Both the position numbers and the translations under genes were made by a program. 56,007 nt of DNA from Thraustochytrium aureum (Eukaryota): assembly GCA_012862495.1 (NCBI GenBank), contig BLSG01000097.1, positions 124,579-180,585 of the forward strand. The letters run 5' to 3'. The number at the start of each line of letters is the position of its first letter. The first letter of the stretch is position 1. The notes under the pieces were generated by a model. The model had not been told where the DNA came from, made no database searches, and saw only the letters and a program-made list of their open reading frames with translations. Shown piece after piece: positions 10,428-21,219 of the stretch.

Positions 10428-11954
10428 GCGGCTTCGAGCATAGCCGGGTGGAATGGCTGGCCCGTCGGCAAGCAGAGCTCGGCCTCGGCTGGACGCGTGG
10501 TGTTCGTTCGGAGCTGGGCCTCGTCGGAATGGCCGNNNNNNNNNNNNNNNNNNNNNNNNNNNNNNNNNNNNNNNNNNNNNNNNNNNNNNNNNNNNNNNNN
10601 NNNNNNNNNNNNNNNNNNNNNNNNNNNNNNNNNNNNNNNNNNNNNNNNNNNNNNNNNNNNNNNNNNNNNNNNNNNNNNNNNNNNNNNNNNNNNNNNNNNN
10701 NNNNNNNNNNNNNNNNNNNNNNNNNNNNNNNNNNNNNNNNNNNNNNNNNNNNNNNNNNNNNNNNNNNNNNNNNNNNNNNNNNNNNNNNNNNNNNNNNNNN
10801 NNNNNNNNNNNNNNNNNNNNNNNNNNNNNNNNNNNNNNNNNNNNNNNNNNNNNNNNNNNNNNNNNNNNNNNNNNNNNNNNNNNNNNNNNNNNNNNNNNNN
10901 NNNNNNNNNNNNNNNNNNNNNNNNNNNNNNNNNNNNNNNNNNNNNNNNNNNNNNNNNNNNNNNNNNNNNNNNNNNNNNNNNNNNNNNNNNNNNNNNNNNN
11001 NNNNNNNNNNNNNNNNNNNNNNNNNNNNNNNNNNNNNNNNNNNNNNNNNNNNNNNNNNNNNNNNNNNNNNNNNNNNNNNNNNNNNNNNNNNNNNNNNNNN
11101 NNNNNNNNNNNNNNNNNNNNNNNNNNNNNNNNNNNNNNNNNNNNNNNNNNNNNNNNNNNNNNNNNNNNNNNNNNNNNNNNNNNNNNNNNNNNNNNNNNNN
11201 NNNNNNNNNNNNNNNNNNNNNNNNNNNNNNNNNNNNNNNNNNNNNNNNNNNNNNNNNNNNNNNNNNNNNNNNNNNNNNNNNNNGCAACCTGTCCTTGACT
11301 TGCAGGGCGGGCAATGTGTCGCTGGTTGTGAAAGCGCGCCTCCAGGCCGGCGTCATTGAGCTCCAAGCCGAGAGCTGGGCAAATGCAGGGGATGCTGGTG
11401 CAGTAGGGTGAGTGCAAGCAGGTGTGGGCTCTGTGGACGCAATGCAGGTGCAGGACGCAGAGGTAGGCGCGAGCTTGCGGTTCATTTACCGCAACGAAAA
11501 AGGTGCACTCGTCCACTCACCAGTTGTCTGACGAGCTCAACCAATCACGAGTACAGTGCCGCCGTACTGCCTCGTGCGAGTCCAGGAGGAGAGGGGAAGA
11601 GACAACATGCATCCCTTCTGCGGCTTTGCGCTTGCCATTGGACGGATGGATGGATGGATGGCTGCATAGGAGATGGATGGCTGAGCGAGTGTGCGAGTCC
11701 AGTTGAGTGCGCCTGTGAGAGCGCACCTCAGCAGTTCGGATCCCACTTGCAGAGGGCGACAGACAAGCCAACTAACATGAACCTGCCTGCTCGGCGAGCG
11801 AGCGGGATCGCCGAGCCAAGGCCGCAGTCCATGCAGACCCCAAACATAAGGACGCAAGCAAGCGTCTCCAAAACAGACGCGCAGCACGACGTAGCCGCGT
11901 TCACCAAGCCGTGCCTCGAGGAAACCGAGCCAAAAAACCCACCCACCGGCAACG

Positions 11955-13767
11955 ATGGGTCTCAAGGAGCAGTTCAAGTTTCGCCGCGGCGACTTGAACG
12001 GGTTCATCCAGCTGTTTTTCGACAACCTCGCCACGCTCTTGGCGCTCATCTCTGCGCTCTACTTTGTGCTGACCGGCTTCGGCAACGGCGACCTGGCTGC
12101 GGCCAAGAGCGGGACATTTGGCGCCGAAGTGTCCAAGATCGATGCCTACCTGGATGATATCATCTACCAGCGCGCCATCCCCGGCCTTGCCGTCACGATG
12201 ATTTTCGGCAACGTGTACTACACCTGGATGGGCGCGCGCCTCGGCGCCGCCGAGGGCCGCGATGACGTCGCCGCGCTCCCGTACGGCGTCAACACGCCGG
12301 GCGCCTTCGCCTTCCTCTTCAGCATCATTGGCCCAGCCGCGGCTGCGGCCGGTGGCGCATGCAGTGGCATGCCCCTGAGCTCTACTGCGGAAGCCATCGC
12401 CTTCGAGCAGTGCTGGGAGAGTGCCGCCGACGCTGGCTGGCGCGCCGGTGTCGTTTCCAACTTTGTCGCGGGCATCATCTCGGTCGCCCTGGGCCTCGCC
12501 GGCAACCTCGTGCTCAAGGCCACCCCGGCTGTCGCCCTCCTCACCTCGCTCGCTGGTATCGGCTTTACGTTTCTTGGCCTCAACCAGGCCGCGCAGAGCT
12601 ACAGCGAGCCCCTGGTTGGACTCCTCCCGTTCTACCTCGCCATCGTTGCCTACTTTGGCGACGTCTCCTTCGGCCCCGTGCCCAAGTCGCTCGCCGTTGC
12701 CCCTGGTCGGTATCGCGCTCGGCTGGGCCGACGGCCTCCGCACCGGCAGCGACGTCTCTGCATCCGCTGAGATTGTGCAGTGGTGGGGCCTCGACACTGG
12801 CTTCCGCGCGCTCGGCGACTGGTCCGCGGCAGGCGAGTTCATGGGCACCACGTTTCCCGTCGCCCTCGCTGCTGCGGCCGGCACGCTGATGAACGTCATG
12901 AGCGCTGAGCGTGCTGGCGACAAGTACGGCACTGCCGAGACAATGATCAGCGACGGTGTCGGCACCATGATTGGCGCCATGTTTGGCACGCCCTTCGGTA
13001 CCTCGGTTTACATTGGCCACCCTGCCTACAAGAAGATGGGCGCCGGCATCATGTACTCGCTGCTCAACTGCTTGTTCTTCTTCATCTTCGCGATGTTTGG
13101 CATTTTTGCCGTCATCAACGCGATTGTGCCGGCCACCGCCATCGCGCCGCTGCTTTTCTTCGTTGGTGTCATGATCGTGCAGGAAGCCATCGAGGCGGCG
13201 CCCTCGCGCCAGATCCCGGCGGTTATCTTCGGCCTCTTCCCGTCCCTCACGGACTGGGCTGTTATCGGTGGGCTCAGCGTGGGTGGCATCGGCGGCCCGC
13301 AATACTACGGCTTTGTCTCCATGTCCAAGGGCTCGCTCCTGCTGGCCCTCTTCAGCTCTACCATCGTCGTTCACATCGTTGACCGCAACTTTCTCCCGGC
13401 CAGTTTGTGGACTGTCGGCGCCGCTGTGCTCTCGGCCTTCGGTCTGCTGCACCAAGAGAAGATCCAGCTCGAGAGCTGGCTCGAGCCCCAGGAGCTGTAC
13501 TGCCGCCACCCGCGCATTGAAGTTGGCGGCGCGATGGTTTGCGAGGCCGGCTATGCCGAGTGCTTTCAGTTCCCCAACCCGCTCTGCGCGCCGTACGCCA
13601 CCACCAAGTGGCGCTACATGACCGCTTACATCATGGTCGCCGTCATGCTTGCCGCCCTGTATGTCCTGCAGCGCTTTGGCAAGGTCGCCGAGAAAGTGGA
13701 AGAGGAGGAGGTCGGCTCGGACGACATCAAGATCTCCACGGTCAACCCCAAGGCGAGCGCTGTCTAA
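11955..13767 (+). CDS. Xanthine/uracil/vitamin C permease-like (NCS2/AzgA-related) transporter; one frameshift at 12700-12703
   Basis: GDLNGFIQLFFDNL, ALPYGVNTPGAF, PAVALLTSLAGIG, SAERAGDKY and FGTSVYIGHPAYKKMGA, with many TM helices. Removing one C from CCCC gives KSLAVALVGIALGWAD. Confidence 0.85.
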
Positions 13768-13871
13768 GCACTTGCACTTTGTCTTCAGATCGCGCGCATG
13801 TGTCTCTTTCGGCGCGCGGTCTCAAAGCCAGTCACAAATCAATCCATTTGAAGTTGATGCTGTACTACGTA

Positions 13872-16784
13872 CTACGCCCGCTTTGCGCGAATCCGCCGTT
13901 GCTGCTCCTTGCGCAGTTTGCCGAGCTCCTCCCGAAACAGGTCGTACAGCGCTTCGCCGCAGTGCTGCGGGGTGGCGTTGCTTAGGCGAGCGTTTCCGCT
14001 CGGGCTCGCTGCGCCAACGCCTGAAGGGGTTTGCCACCCCATGTCCCCAGAGGACCGCCGAGGACGCCGCGCCGGCGACGTCGCCGACGCCAGCGCGTGA
14101 CCCGCTGCTGGGGACCCAACCCGAGTCCCGCTGCGCCGCGGAGACGGCGCTGGTGACGCGGCGCCGTTGGACACGTACTCGGCGTCGTGCACGCTCGCGG
14201 TCGCCGCGCTTGGCGTGCTCGCGCGCGAGCCGGAGCCCGCGCTCGATGCGCGACTCGCCTCCGTGCAAAACTGCACGAAGCGGGACTTGGGCCATTTGGC
14301 CAGCAAATTACCGTTCACCTTGGAAGGGGGCTCCACCGAGGTGGGCGCGTTCGCGCGCCACCACGCCGCCACCTTGTCCGCCGACCAGCGCCGCGGGTCG
14401 GCCAGCTTGGCTTCCTCAAAGCGCTTCNNNNNNNNNNNNNNNNNNNNNNNNNNNNNNNNNNNNNNNNNNNNNNNNNNNNNNNNNNNNNNNNNNNNNNNNN
14501 NNNNNNNNNNNNNNNNNNNNNNNNNNNNNNNNNNNNNNNNNNNNNNNNNNNNNNNNNNNNNNNNNNNNNNNNNNNNNNNNNNNNNNNNNNNNNNNNNNNN
14601 NNNNNNNNNNNNNNNNNNNNNNNNNNNNNNNNNNNNNNNNNNNNNNNNNNNNNNNNNNNNNNNNNNNNNNNNGGCCAGCTTGGCTTCCTCAAAGCGCTTC
14701 TCCGCGACGATGCTTGCCAGGCTTTGCACCACCTCTGTCTCCAGCTTGGTGTGCTGCGCCCTTTTCTTGCACGCATCCACCATGAGCGAGACGTTGCTCA
14801 AGGTGCTCAGCGTGTGCTCTGTGTCCCCGGAGGCTGGCGAGACTGTCGCGATGATCGCGGTCCTCGCGTCGGGGTCCACGAGTCCTCGCTTCAGGATCCG
14901 GGTGAGCAACGAACCGCGGAACGGCACAAAGTCCTGCCCAAGCGCCCGCGCCCTGAAGCAGTTCTTTCAGCGCCATGAGCGATCGATTGATCTCTGCGCC
15001 CTCGCGTTGGAGAACGGCGTTGTGCTCGAGGGAATCTTTGTTGCGCTCCGACCCAGCCAAGTCGATCAAGAGGAGCTCCCCCTGCTTTGCGCCGCGTCGA
15101 ATGACGATGCGGTAGAACGCGTGCGATCGCGACGACTTGTCGTGCACGCCAGTCCCGCACGTAGCGCGCGCGCGCTGCCCGCGCTCTAGCTCGCCCACGA
15201 GGCTGGGCAGAGTCAGGCACTCGAGCTCGGTCAGCCCATCGATCCGCAACGAGCCGTCCTGGTCCTCCAGCAGCCGAAGTTGAGGGCGGGCCCCTTCCTT
15301 GCCCTCAAGCGTCCCTTGCTGCTCTGCGTCGCTCGCCATGCTGCCTTGCTCCGCCTCGGGTGCCCAGGCCGCCTCCTCGCCGCTGGCACACAAGGCGCCT
15401 GCGCCGCCGAGCGCCTCGGCCTCCTGGTTGGCCGAGGTGGCAAGCAAGTCGCGGCACTTGGTGCCGTACAGCTCAAACATTGCGACTGTCACGTCACACC
15501 GGGCCTTCCTGCCCACGCCAGTGCGCAGGTCGGCAAAGATTGTGCTCGCCGCCCGCTCAAGCAGAGCCGACATCGTGTACGTCTTGCCAGACCCTGTCTG
15601 CCCAAACATGAAAGCCGAGGCGAGGTGGCCCTGCATCGCGTGCCTGACGAGCCCAAGCGTCGTTGCTTGGTAGACTTGCTCATTGGTCGCCCGCTCGTTA
15701 AAAACCTTGTCGAAAACGAAAACGTTGGGGGTCATCTTCATCCCGCGCATGTCAGCTTTCATCCGGGCATCAAAGACTACAACATTGTCTGCCCCGATCA
15801 CGCCAGACGCGTCTACGGTATCAAAGTCGTCCTCCTCTTCGTGTGCAAACATGGGGCGCTTGCGAACAAATACAGCAATATGCGACCCGCTGGCGTCGCT
15901 CGCTGCTCGTTGCGTGCGCTGTCTGCTCTGCGCAACGTCCTCGCGCGGCGTGGCTTCCTCGCTGCGGCTTCGCCGAGCTGAACTGCGCGGCTCGCAAGAC
16001 TCGNNNNNNNNNNNNNNNNNNNNNNNNNNNNNNNNNNNNNNNNNNNNNNNNNNNNNNNNNNNNNNNNNNNNNNNNNNNNNNNNNNNNNNNNNNNNNNNNN
16101 NNNNNNNNNNNNNNNNNNNNNNNNNNNNNNNNNNNNNNNNNNNNNNNNNNNNNNNNNNNNNNNNNNNNNNNNNNNNNNNNNNNGCGTCTGGTGGATCTTC
16201 GTAAGGTGGGAGGAAAACCCGGGCGCGGCTTGCGTCGTGCGTGCAGAGCCCTTGAAACCACGCTGACACGCGCTTTTTCCTCCTCGCCAAGCCCGCGCGG
16301 GCTCCCGATCGAGTCTAGCGGAGGCGGGGGCGGGGGCAACGAGTCGTGCGACGCGCTTCGCCGCTTCTCGCGTTTCAGGACCGCGACCTTGTTGCCGTCA
16401 CGCGCCCCGGGAGACCGAGCGCTGACGCCTAGGCGACCCCCGTGGCGACCCCTGCAAGGACCCTTGCGCCGGCGTGTTTGGCGAGCTCGGCAGCCGAGGC
16501 AAGGGTGGCGAGCTGGGCGGCTCCTTTTGGTCCTTCGACTCGTGGCTGCGTCCGGCTTTCAACGTCTTCAGGTGCTCGCTCGGAGGCTGTCCGTGCCCTG
16601 GCCCCCTTCGTGCGGCGCCTTTTGCATGCGCTGCAGCTTTGCGCTGTCGTGCCTTCCACTCCGCAATAGCATTTTCAAAGTCACGTCGGTGGTGCTTGCG
16701 CGACGTCCTTTTGTCGTAATTCTTGGTCGGATCAAACGCCCCGCCGCCATGGTCCACCACATTCGCTGATTCGCCGTTCCCCAT
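13872..16784 (-). CDS. Kinesin-13-like (internal motor domain) protein; frameshifts near 16410 and 14961; two gaps
   Basis: IAVFVRKRPM, FVFDKVF, P-loop GQTGSGKTYTM, SSRSHAF, LIDLAGSER, EGAEINRSLMALKE/CF and VPFRGSLLTRILK. The N-terminal extension from ATG 16784 (MGNGES..) is inferred to belong to the same gene. Confidence 0.85.
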
Positions 16785-16830
16785 CGCGCACGGCCCGTTC
16801 GCAGGCCCGAGCTCCAGTAAACCTCTAGAG

Positions 16831-16878
16831 CTCTGCAGAAGTCTCTGCAGAAGTCTCTGCAGAAGACTCTGCAGAAGA
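16831..16878. repeat. 12-bp tandem repeat (CTCTGCAGAAGW) x4 just upstream of the kinesin start
   Basis: Directly visible. Confidence 0.85.
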
Positions 16879-17038
16879 GCGAGCGAGCGCCCTGCTCTGT
16901 TCGATTGTAGCGCGCTTTTGCCAGACCTTTGCCTGCTCGAGCGGCCAGCAAAAAACGCCACAGAGCAACAACTCAAGGCGACTTTGCGCTGGTCCCGGAG
17001 CAGCAGCTCCCGACACCGTGGCCGCTGGCCCGCCCCCT

Positions 17039-17325
17039 GCTGCTCTTCCTCCTGCTGCTCCTGCTCCTGCTGCTGCAGCAGCTGCTGCTGCTGCTGACCA
17101 AGTCAAAACCGTTTCGGCTCTGCCTGTGCTCACCAAGTGCAAGCACTACTCACTCCGCCTCGGCAAGGACGACTTGGACGCCACGCCGCCTGCTGCTGCG
17201 CTGCCGCCTGCTGCGGCCCAGCAAGCTACTGCTGCGTGCGTGGCCTGCTGCTGAGACCCAGCGAGCTCGTGCTGCTGCTGCTGTTGCTGCTGCTGCTGCC
17301 GCTGGGGGAGGCTGCTGCCGCTGGG
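17039..17325. repeat. (CTG)n microsatellite-rich region between the divergent kinesin and BORCS8-like genes
   Basis: CTG runs at about 17039-17096 and 17268-17300. Confidence 0.8.
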
Positions 17326-17593
17326 GGAGGCTCGGAGCCCACCCGCGAAGAGCGCGCCTGTTGGTCGAACTGCGAGCTCTCCTGCTGGGGCTGGCTGGCG
17401 CTGGCTGGTGCTGCTGCAGCTGCTCTGTCGGCGGTACTGGTGCGCGGCGGGCTGCTGTCGAGACCAGAGCGCGAGGGTTGAAGGTTGTGGTATTGGCTTG
17501 CCACGAGTGTTGTGTTGTTGCTCCAAGCTGAAGCAAGGACTGCCGGCCAAAGCCCCGACGCGACGGACGTAGGCCCGAGCGAAGTGCCGCGAG

Positions 17594-17995
17594 ATGAACG
17601 CACAACACAGCGAGGAGCAGCAGGCCGGACGATGGGCTTGGGCAGCTAGCGGCACACGAGGAAAGGACAAGAACGCTGAAAAACTGGCAAGCGCCATCTC
17701 CGAGTATTGCAAGCGGCTCGCAAACGAACCGATGACCGGGCTCGTCATGGTGAACCAGCATGTGAGAAACCACGGCGTTCGCGACCAGGCACGGATCAAG
17801 GACAAGCTTTTGTTGCGACTGATGGAGCTCAGGCACAGCGCGACCTCGTCGCGCCCGACGCCGTTCCGGACCAGCCCGACCCGTGGCGTGGCAACGCCGG
17901 GGTCGCGACCAAGGCTCTGGCGGGGCAGTGGTCGAGGCCGAGCCAACGCTCGCCGACGACCTCAAGCGATCTGCAGCGGCGATTGATAAACTAGC
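17594..17995 (+). CDS. BORCS8: BORC subunit 8 (MEF2BNB)-like protein; frameshifted, 3' end in the gap
   Basis: ISEYCKRLANEPMTGLVMVNQHVR resembles the BORCS8 core (..LANEPSVALYRLQEHVRR). Recalled similarity only. Confidence 0.5.
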
Positions 17996-18898
17996 NNNNN
18001 NNNNNNNNNNNNNNNNNNNNNNNNNNNNNNNNNNNNNNNNNNNNNNNNNNNNNNNNNNNNNNNNNNNNNNNNNNNNNNNNNNNNNNNNNNNNNNNNNNNN
18101 NNNNNNNNNNNNNNNNNNNNNNNNNNNNNNNNNNNNNNNNNNNNNNNNNNNNNNNNNNNNNNNNNNNNNNNNNNNNNNNNNNNNNNNNNNNNNNNNNNNN
18201 NNNNNNNNNNNNNNNNNNNNNNNNNNNNNNNNNNNNNNNNNNNNNNNNNNNNNNNNNNNNNNNNNNNNNNNNNNNNNNNNNNNNNNNNNNNNNNNNNNNN
18301 NNNNNNNNNNNNNNNNNNNNNNNNNNNNNNNNNNNNNNNNNNNNNNNNNNNNNNNNNNNNNNNNNNNNNNNNNNNNNNNNNNNNNNNNNNNNNNNNNNNN
18401 NNNNNNNNNNNNNNNNNNNNNNNNNNNNNNNNNNNNNNNNNNNNNNNNNNNNNNNNNNNNNNNNNNNNNNNNNNNNNNNNNNNNNNNNNNNNNNNNNNNN
18501 NNNNNNNNNNNNNNNNNNNNNNNNNNNNNNNNNNNNNNNNNNNNNNNNNNNNNNNNNNNNNNNNNNNNNNNNNNNNNNNNNNNNNNNNNNNNNNNNNNNN
18601 NNNNNNNNNNNNNNNNNNNNNNNNNNNNNNNNNNNNNNNNNNNNNNNNNNNNNNNNNNNNNNNNNNNNNNNNNNNNNNNNNNNNNNNNNNNNNNNNNNNN
18701 NNNNNNNNNNNNNNNNNNNNNNNNNNNNNNNNNNNNNNNCTTCGTTCGTCGTCGGGATCACAGCGCGTCCGCATCGTCCAGAGCTGCAACAGCTTCGAGC
18801 CTCGGCCGGCCCCAGGTGTCTCTACCGCGAGGCTAGAGAGCGTTGCGGGCAGAGCTGGCTCCAGCTAGGCGTCGAAGGGCCTCACAGCTGGCCTGGCG

Positions 18899-19591
18899 AT
18901 GTCTCGCGGCGACGACCAGGAAGGCGTCCCGGACAAGCACATTAGTGAAGATATGGGGGAACCGAAACAAGAGCTCCTGTGCGTCAGGATCCTCTGCTGC
19001 CCGTTCAGACTCTTGTTTGGGGTCCTCGGGTGCATGGCAACTTGCCTGTGCCTCCCGTTCTTGCTCTGCTGCCAGGTGGGGACCGTGGCAGTCATTATGT
19101 GCTGCTGCAACCCGTCGCTCAAATCGCTTGAAAAGCTGTACAGGTCCCCGTTGTGGGTTGTTGTGCTGCGCGACCAACACAAACTGGACAGGGAAGTGTA
19201 CTCAATCTGCACGGCGATCTTCTCGCACCCCGACTTTGAGCGAGAAGCGCTCCGGCTTTTTGAGCGGGCTGACACTGACTCGAGTGGTTTCGTGGACACG
19301 GGCGAGCTGAACGATCTGCTGCACGGGATGCCCTGCAGCGTGGCTTTGACTGAAGTCGACTTTGCAGATATCAACAAGCTGTACATGAGGTACACGGGCC
19401 GCAAGACGAGGCTCACGCGCGACGAATTCCCCGTTTTTCTCAAGTGCGTGTTCGCCATGGTGGTTGCCAACGCGATTCTTGTCCAACGCATGGGCCGCGC
19501 AGAGATCGTTGTCGTGGGCATCGACGGCTCGGGCCGCGCGCGCGACGTCGAGAAGCAGGCTGCGTCGATCCGCGAGATTGTCGAGGAGTGA
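18899..19591 (+). CDS. EF-hand protein with a Cys-rich hydrophobic N-terminal segment
   Basis: Canonical EF-hand FERADTDSSGFVDTGELNDLL and a degenerate second hand (LTRDEF). The N-terminus contains LCVRILCCPF..MCCC. Confidence 0.75.
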   Translation: MSRGDDQEGVPDKHISEDMGEPKQELLCVRILCCPFRLLFGVLGCMATCLCLPFLLCCQVGTVAVIMCCCNPSLKSLEKLYRSPLWVVVLRDQHKLDREVYSICTAIFSHPDFEREALRLFERADTDSSGFVDTGELNDLLHGMPCSVALTEVDFADINKLYMRYTGRKTRLTRDEFPVFLKCVFAMVVANAILVQRMGRAEIVVVGIDGSGRARDVEKQAASIREIVEE

Positions 19592-19841
19592 ACGCTCACG
19601 TTGTGTTGTCGCTTGTGCATCGACGGTTCGGGCCGGCAATGACCGAGAGGCGAGTGCGCAAACGCGTCTAGTAGGTATCTATACAGATTTGGTTTTTTGC
19701 TCAGCTTTTCCTACCCTAGCGGTAGATCACGTTTGCAGCACGGAGCACGTTTTTTTTTGCGACTTGGTCGCGTTGGGCTGTACAAAACGCTGAGCGAGCA
19801 ACGACTTGGTCTGCCCCGCAACTGGCTCTAGAGAGAGGCGC

Positions 19842-20525
19842 TCAAAAGAGGCTCACCTGAGCCTCGTTTTTGTATGTACTTGAGCTCGTCGCTGGCTGGG
19901 CCCTGCTGCTCTTGATCGCCCGGGAAGGCGCCTGCGGGAGTTCGAACTCGACCGTTTTGGACTTGGGGCTCTGCTCTGTTTCGAGTTGCGCAAGTTCCGC
20001 CTCGAGCTCGTCCTCGTCCGCGCCAAAGCCCGCCGAGACGTCTGTTGAGGCGAGAAGGTCGTTGATCTCGCTTGCCTTCGCGAGCTGCTCCGCAATACTG
20101 TCGGTCAAGTCCGCCACGTCGTCTGCGTCGAGTTTGCCAATCTGTTTGGCCATCGCGTTCTTGCCGGTCTTCATGGCGTCGACAATATCGTTGGCGGTCT
20201 TTGCCGCCTCAACGTTAAACACTTGCTGATCGAGGTTGGCGATGGCAGCGTCGAGTTTGCTCGCCTCCTTGAGCAAGAGATTCTTCTTCTTGAGGCATCG
20301 AAGAGCGTCCGGTTTGCGGCCTGCGGCAATCTTGGCCTTGGCGGCCATGACCTGGGCCTGCGCGTCCTTCTCGAGCTTGGCCCTGCGCTGCTCTAGCTGG
20401 CGGCGCGTGGCGTGCACTTCGAGGAGGGCCTTGTCGACTGTGGGATCGGCCGCGAACCCAAATTTGATTTGTGCGGGGGCTGAGTTGGCGCCCCCATGGG
20501 GCGCCGTGGACGCTACGCAGCCCAT
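19842..20525 (-). CDS. ESCRT-III Snf7-family protein (Vps20/CHMP6- or CHMP4-like)
   Basis: ALRCLKKKNLL..LDQQVFNVEAAKTANDIVDAMKTGKNAM..DADDVADLTDSIAEQ..DEDELEAELAQLE..ELPQAPS. The N-terminus MGCVAS fits an acylation motif. Confidence 0.9.
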   Translation of the reverse strand: MGCVASTAPHGGANSAPAQIKFGFAADPTVDKALLEVHATRRQLEQRRAKLEKDAQAQVMAAKAKIAAGRKPDALRCLKKKNLLLKEASKLDAAIANLDQQVFNVEAAKTANDIVDAMKTGKNAMAKQIGKLDADDVADLTDSIAEQLAKASEINDLLASTDVSAGFGADEDELEAELAQLETEQSPKSKTVEFELPQAPSRAIKSSRAQPATSSSTYKNEAQVSLF

Positions 20526-21219
20526 TTTCGCGCCGGTTCCGGGCCGCTTGCTGCGCTTGCTGCGCTTGCTGTGTGCTCCGTGTTCCGGGTTCGCAACGAC
20601 GAGGTTGCGGTTTTGCGTTCAGGGTCTACTTGAAGTGGTGCGCGACCTCGATGACGGCATGGCACACTGCAAGCCTGCTAGTGAGCTCGAAACCGGAAAG
20701 CAAGTGCCAAGGGCACAGCCCTGATCTGCCAGTGCTTGCAAATCGAGCTGCGGAGCGCCGTTCTGCGGATGGCGCGTTCGAGAAAAAAAAAGGAGAAGCA
20801 ACTACGCTATGCGTATTGGAAGGTGAAACTATTTTCGAAATTGACTCGATAAAGAGGGGCGACCGCCTAAAATTGGGCCCGTGACCGACGGCGTTGCGAA
20901 CGCTCCAGCGTGCCCGGCGACCCACTGCTCGGCCGTGCGAGAGCAGCCTGCCCCGACTCGACCCAATCGAGTTGAGGTTGGATCCTTGTGTGCGTTCAGC
21001 GAGCAAAACACCAGCAAGCAAGTGCCAACTTGAAAGTCTGTTAACTGGATGAACGAACGCCGCGAGGTCGAGTCAGGTTGAGTTGCAAAGAGGATCCGAC
21101 GTCGACCACGCAGGCTGTTCGACAGCCGAGGAGGCCCCAGCCGCCCCTGCGAAACAAGAGTACAAAGACCACCTGCAAGGATGCGCGAGCCTCCGCTGTG
21201 CGACTCGCAAGTCACACTG

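Noticed and set aside
10293..11516. Long ORFs spanning N-gaps (also 17883-18836, 30488-31456 and 37197-39723)
   Set aside because: Their length is an artefact of untranslatable N runs, and the flanks show no recognisable coding motif apart from the genes listed.
12690..12710. Tiny introns as the cause of the frame changes
   Set aside because: Adding or removing a single base restores continuous protein, and the junctions show no consistent GT..AG boundaries.
17146..17965. Poly-Gln/poly-Ala minus-strand ORFs
   Set aside because: They are explained by (CTG)n microsatellites and antisense overlap with the BORCS8-like gene.
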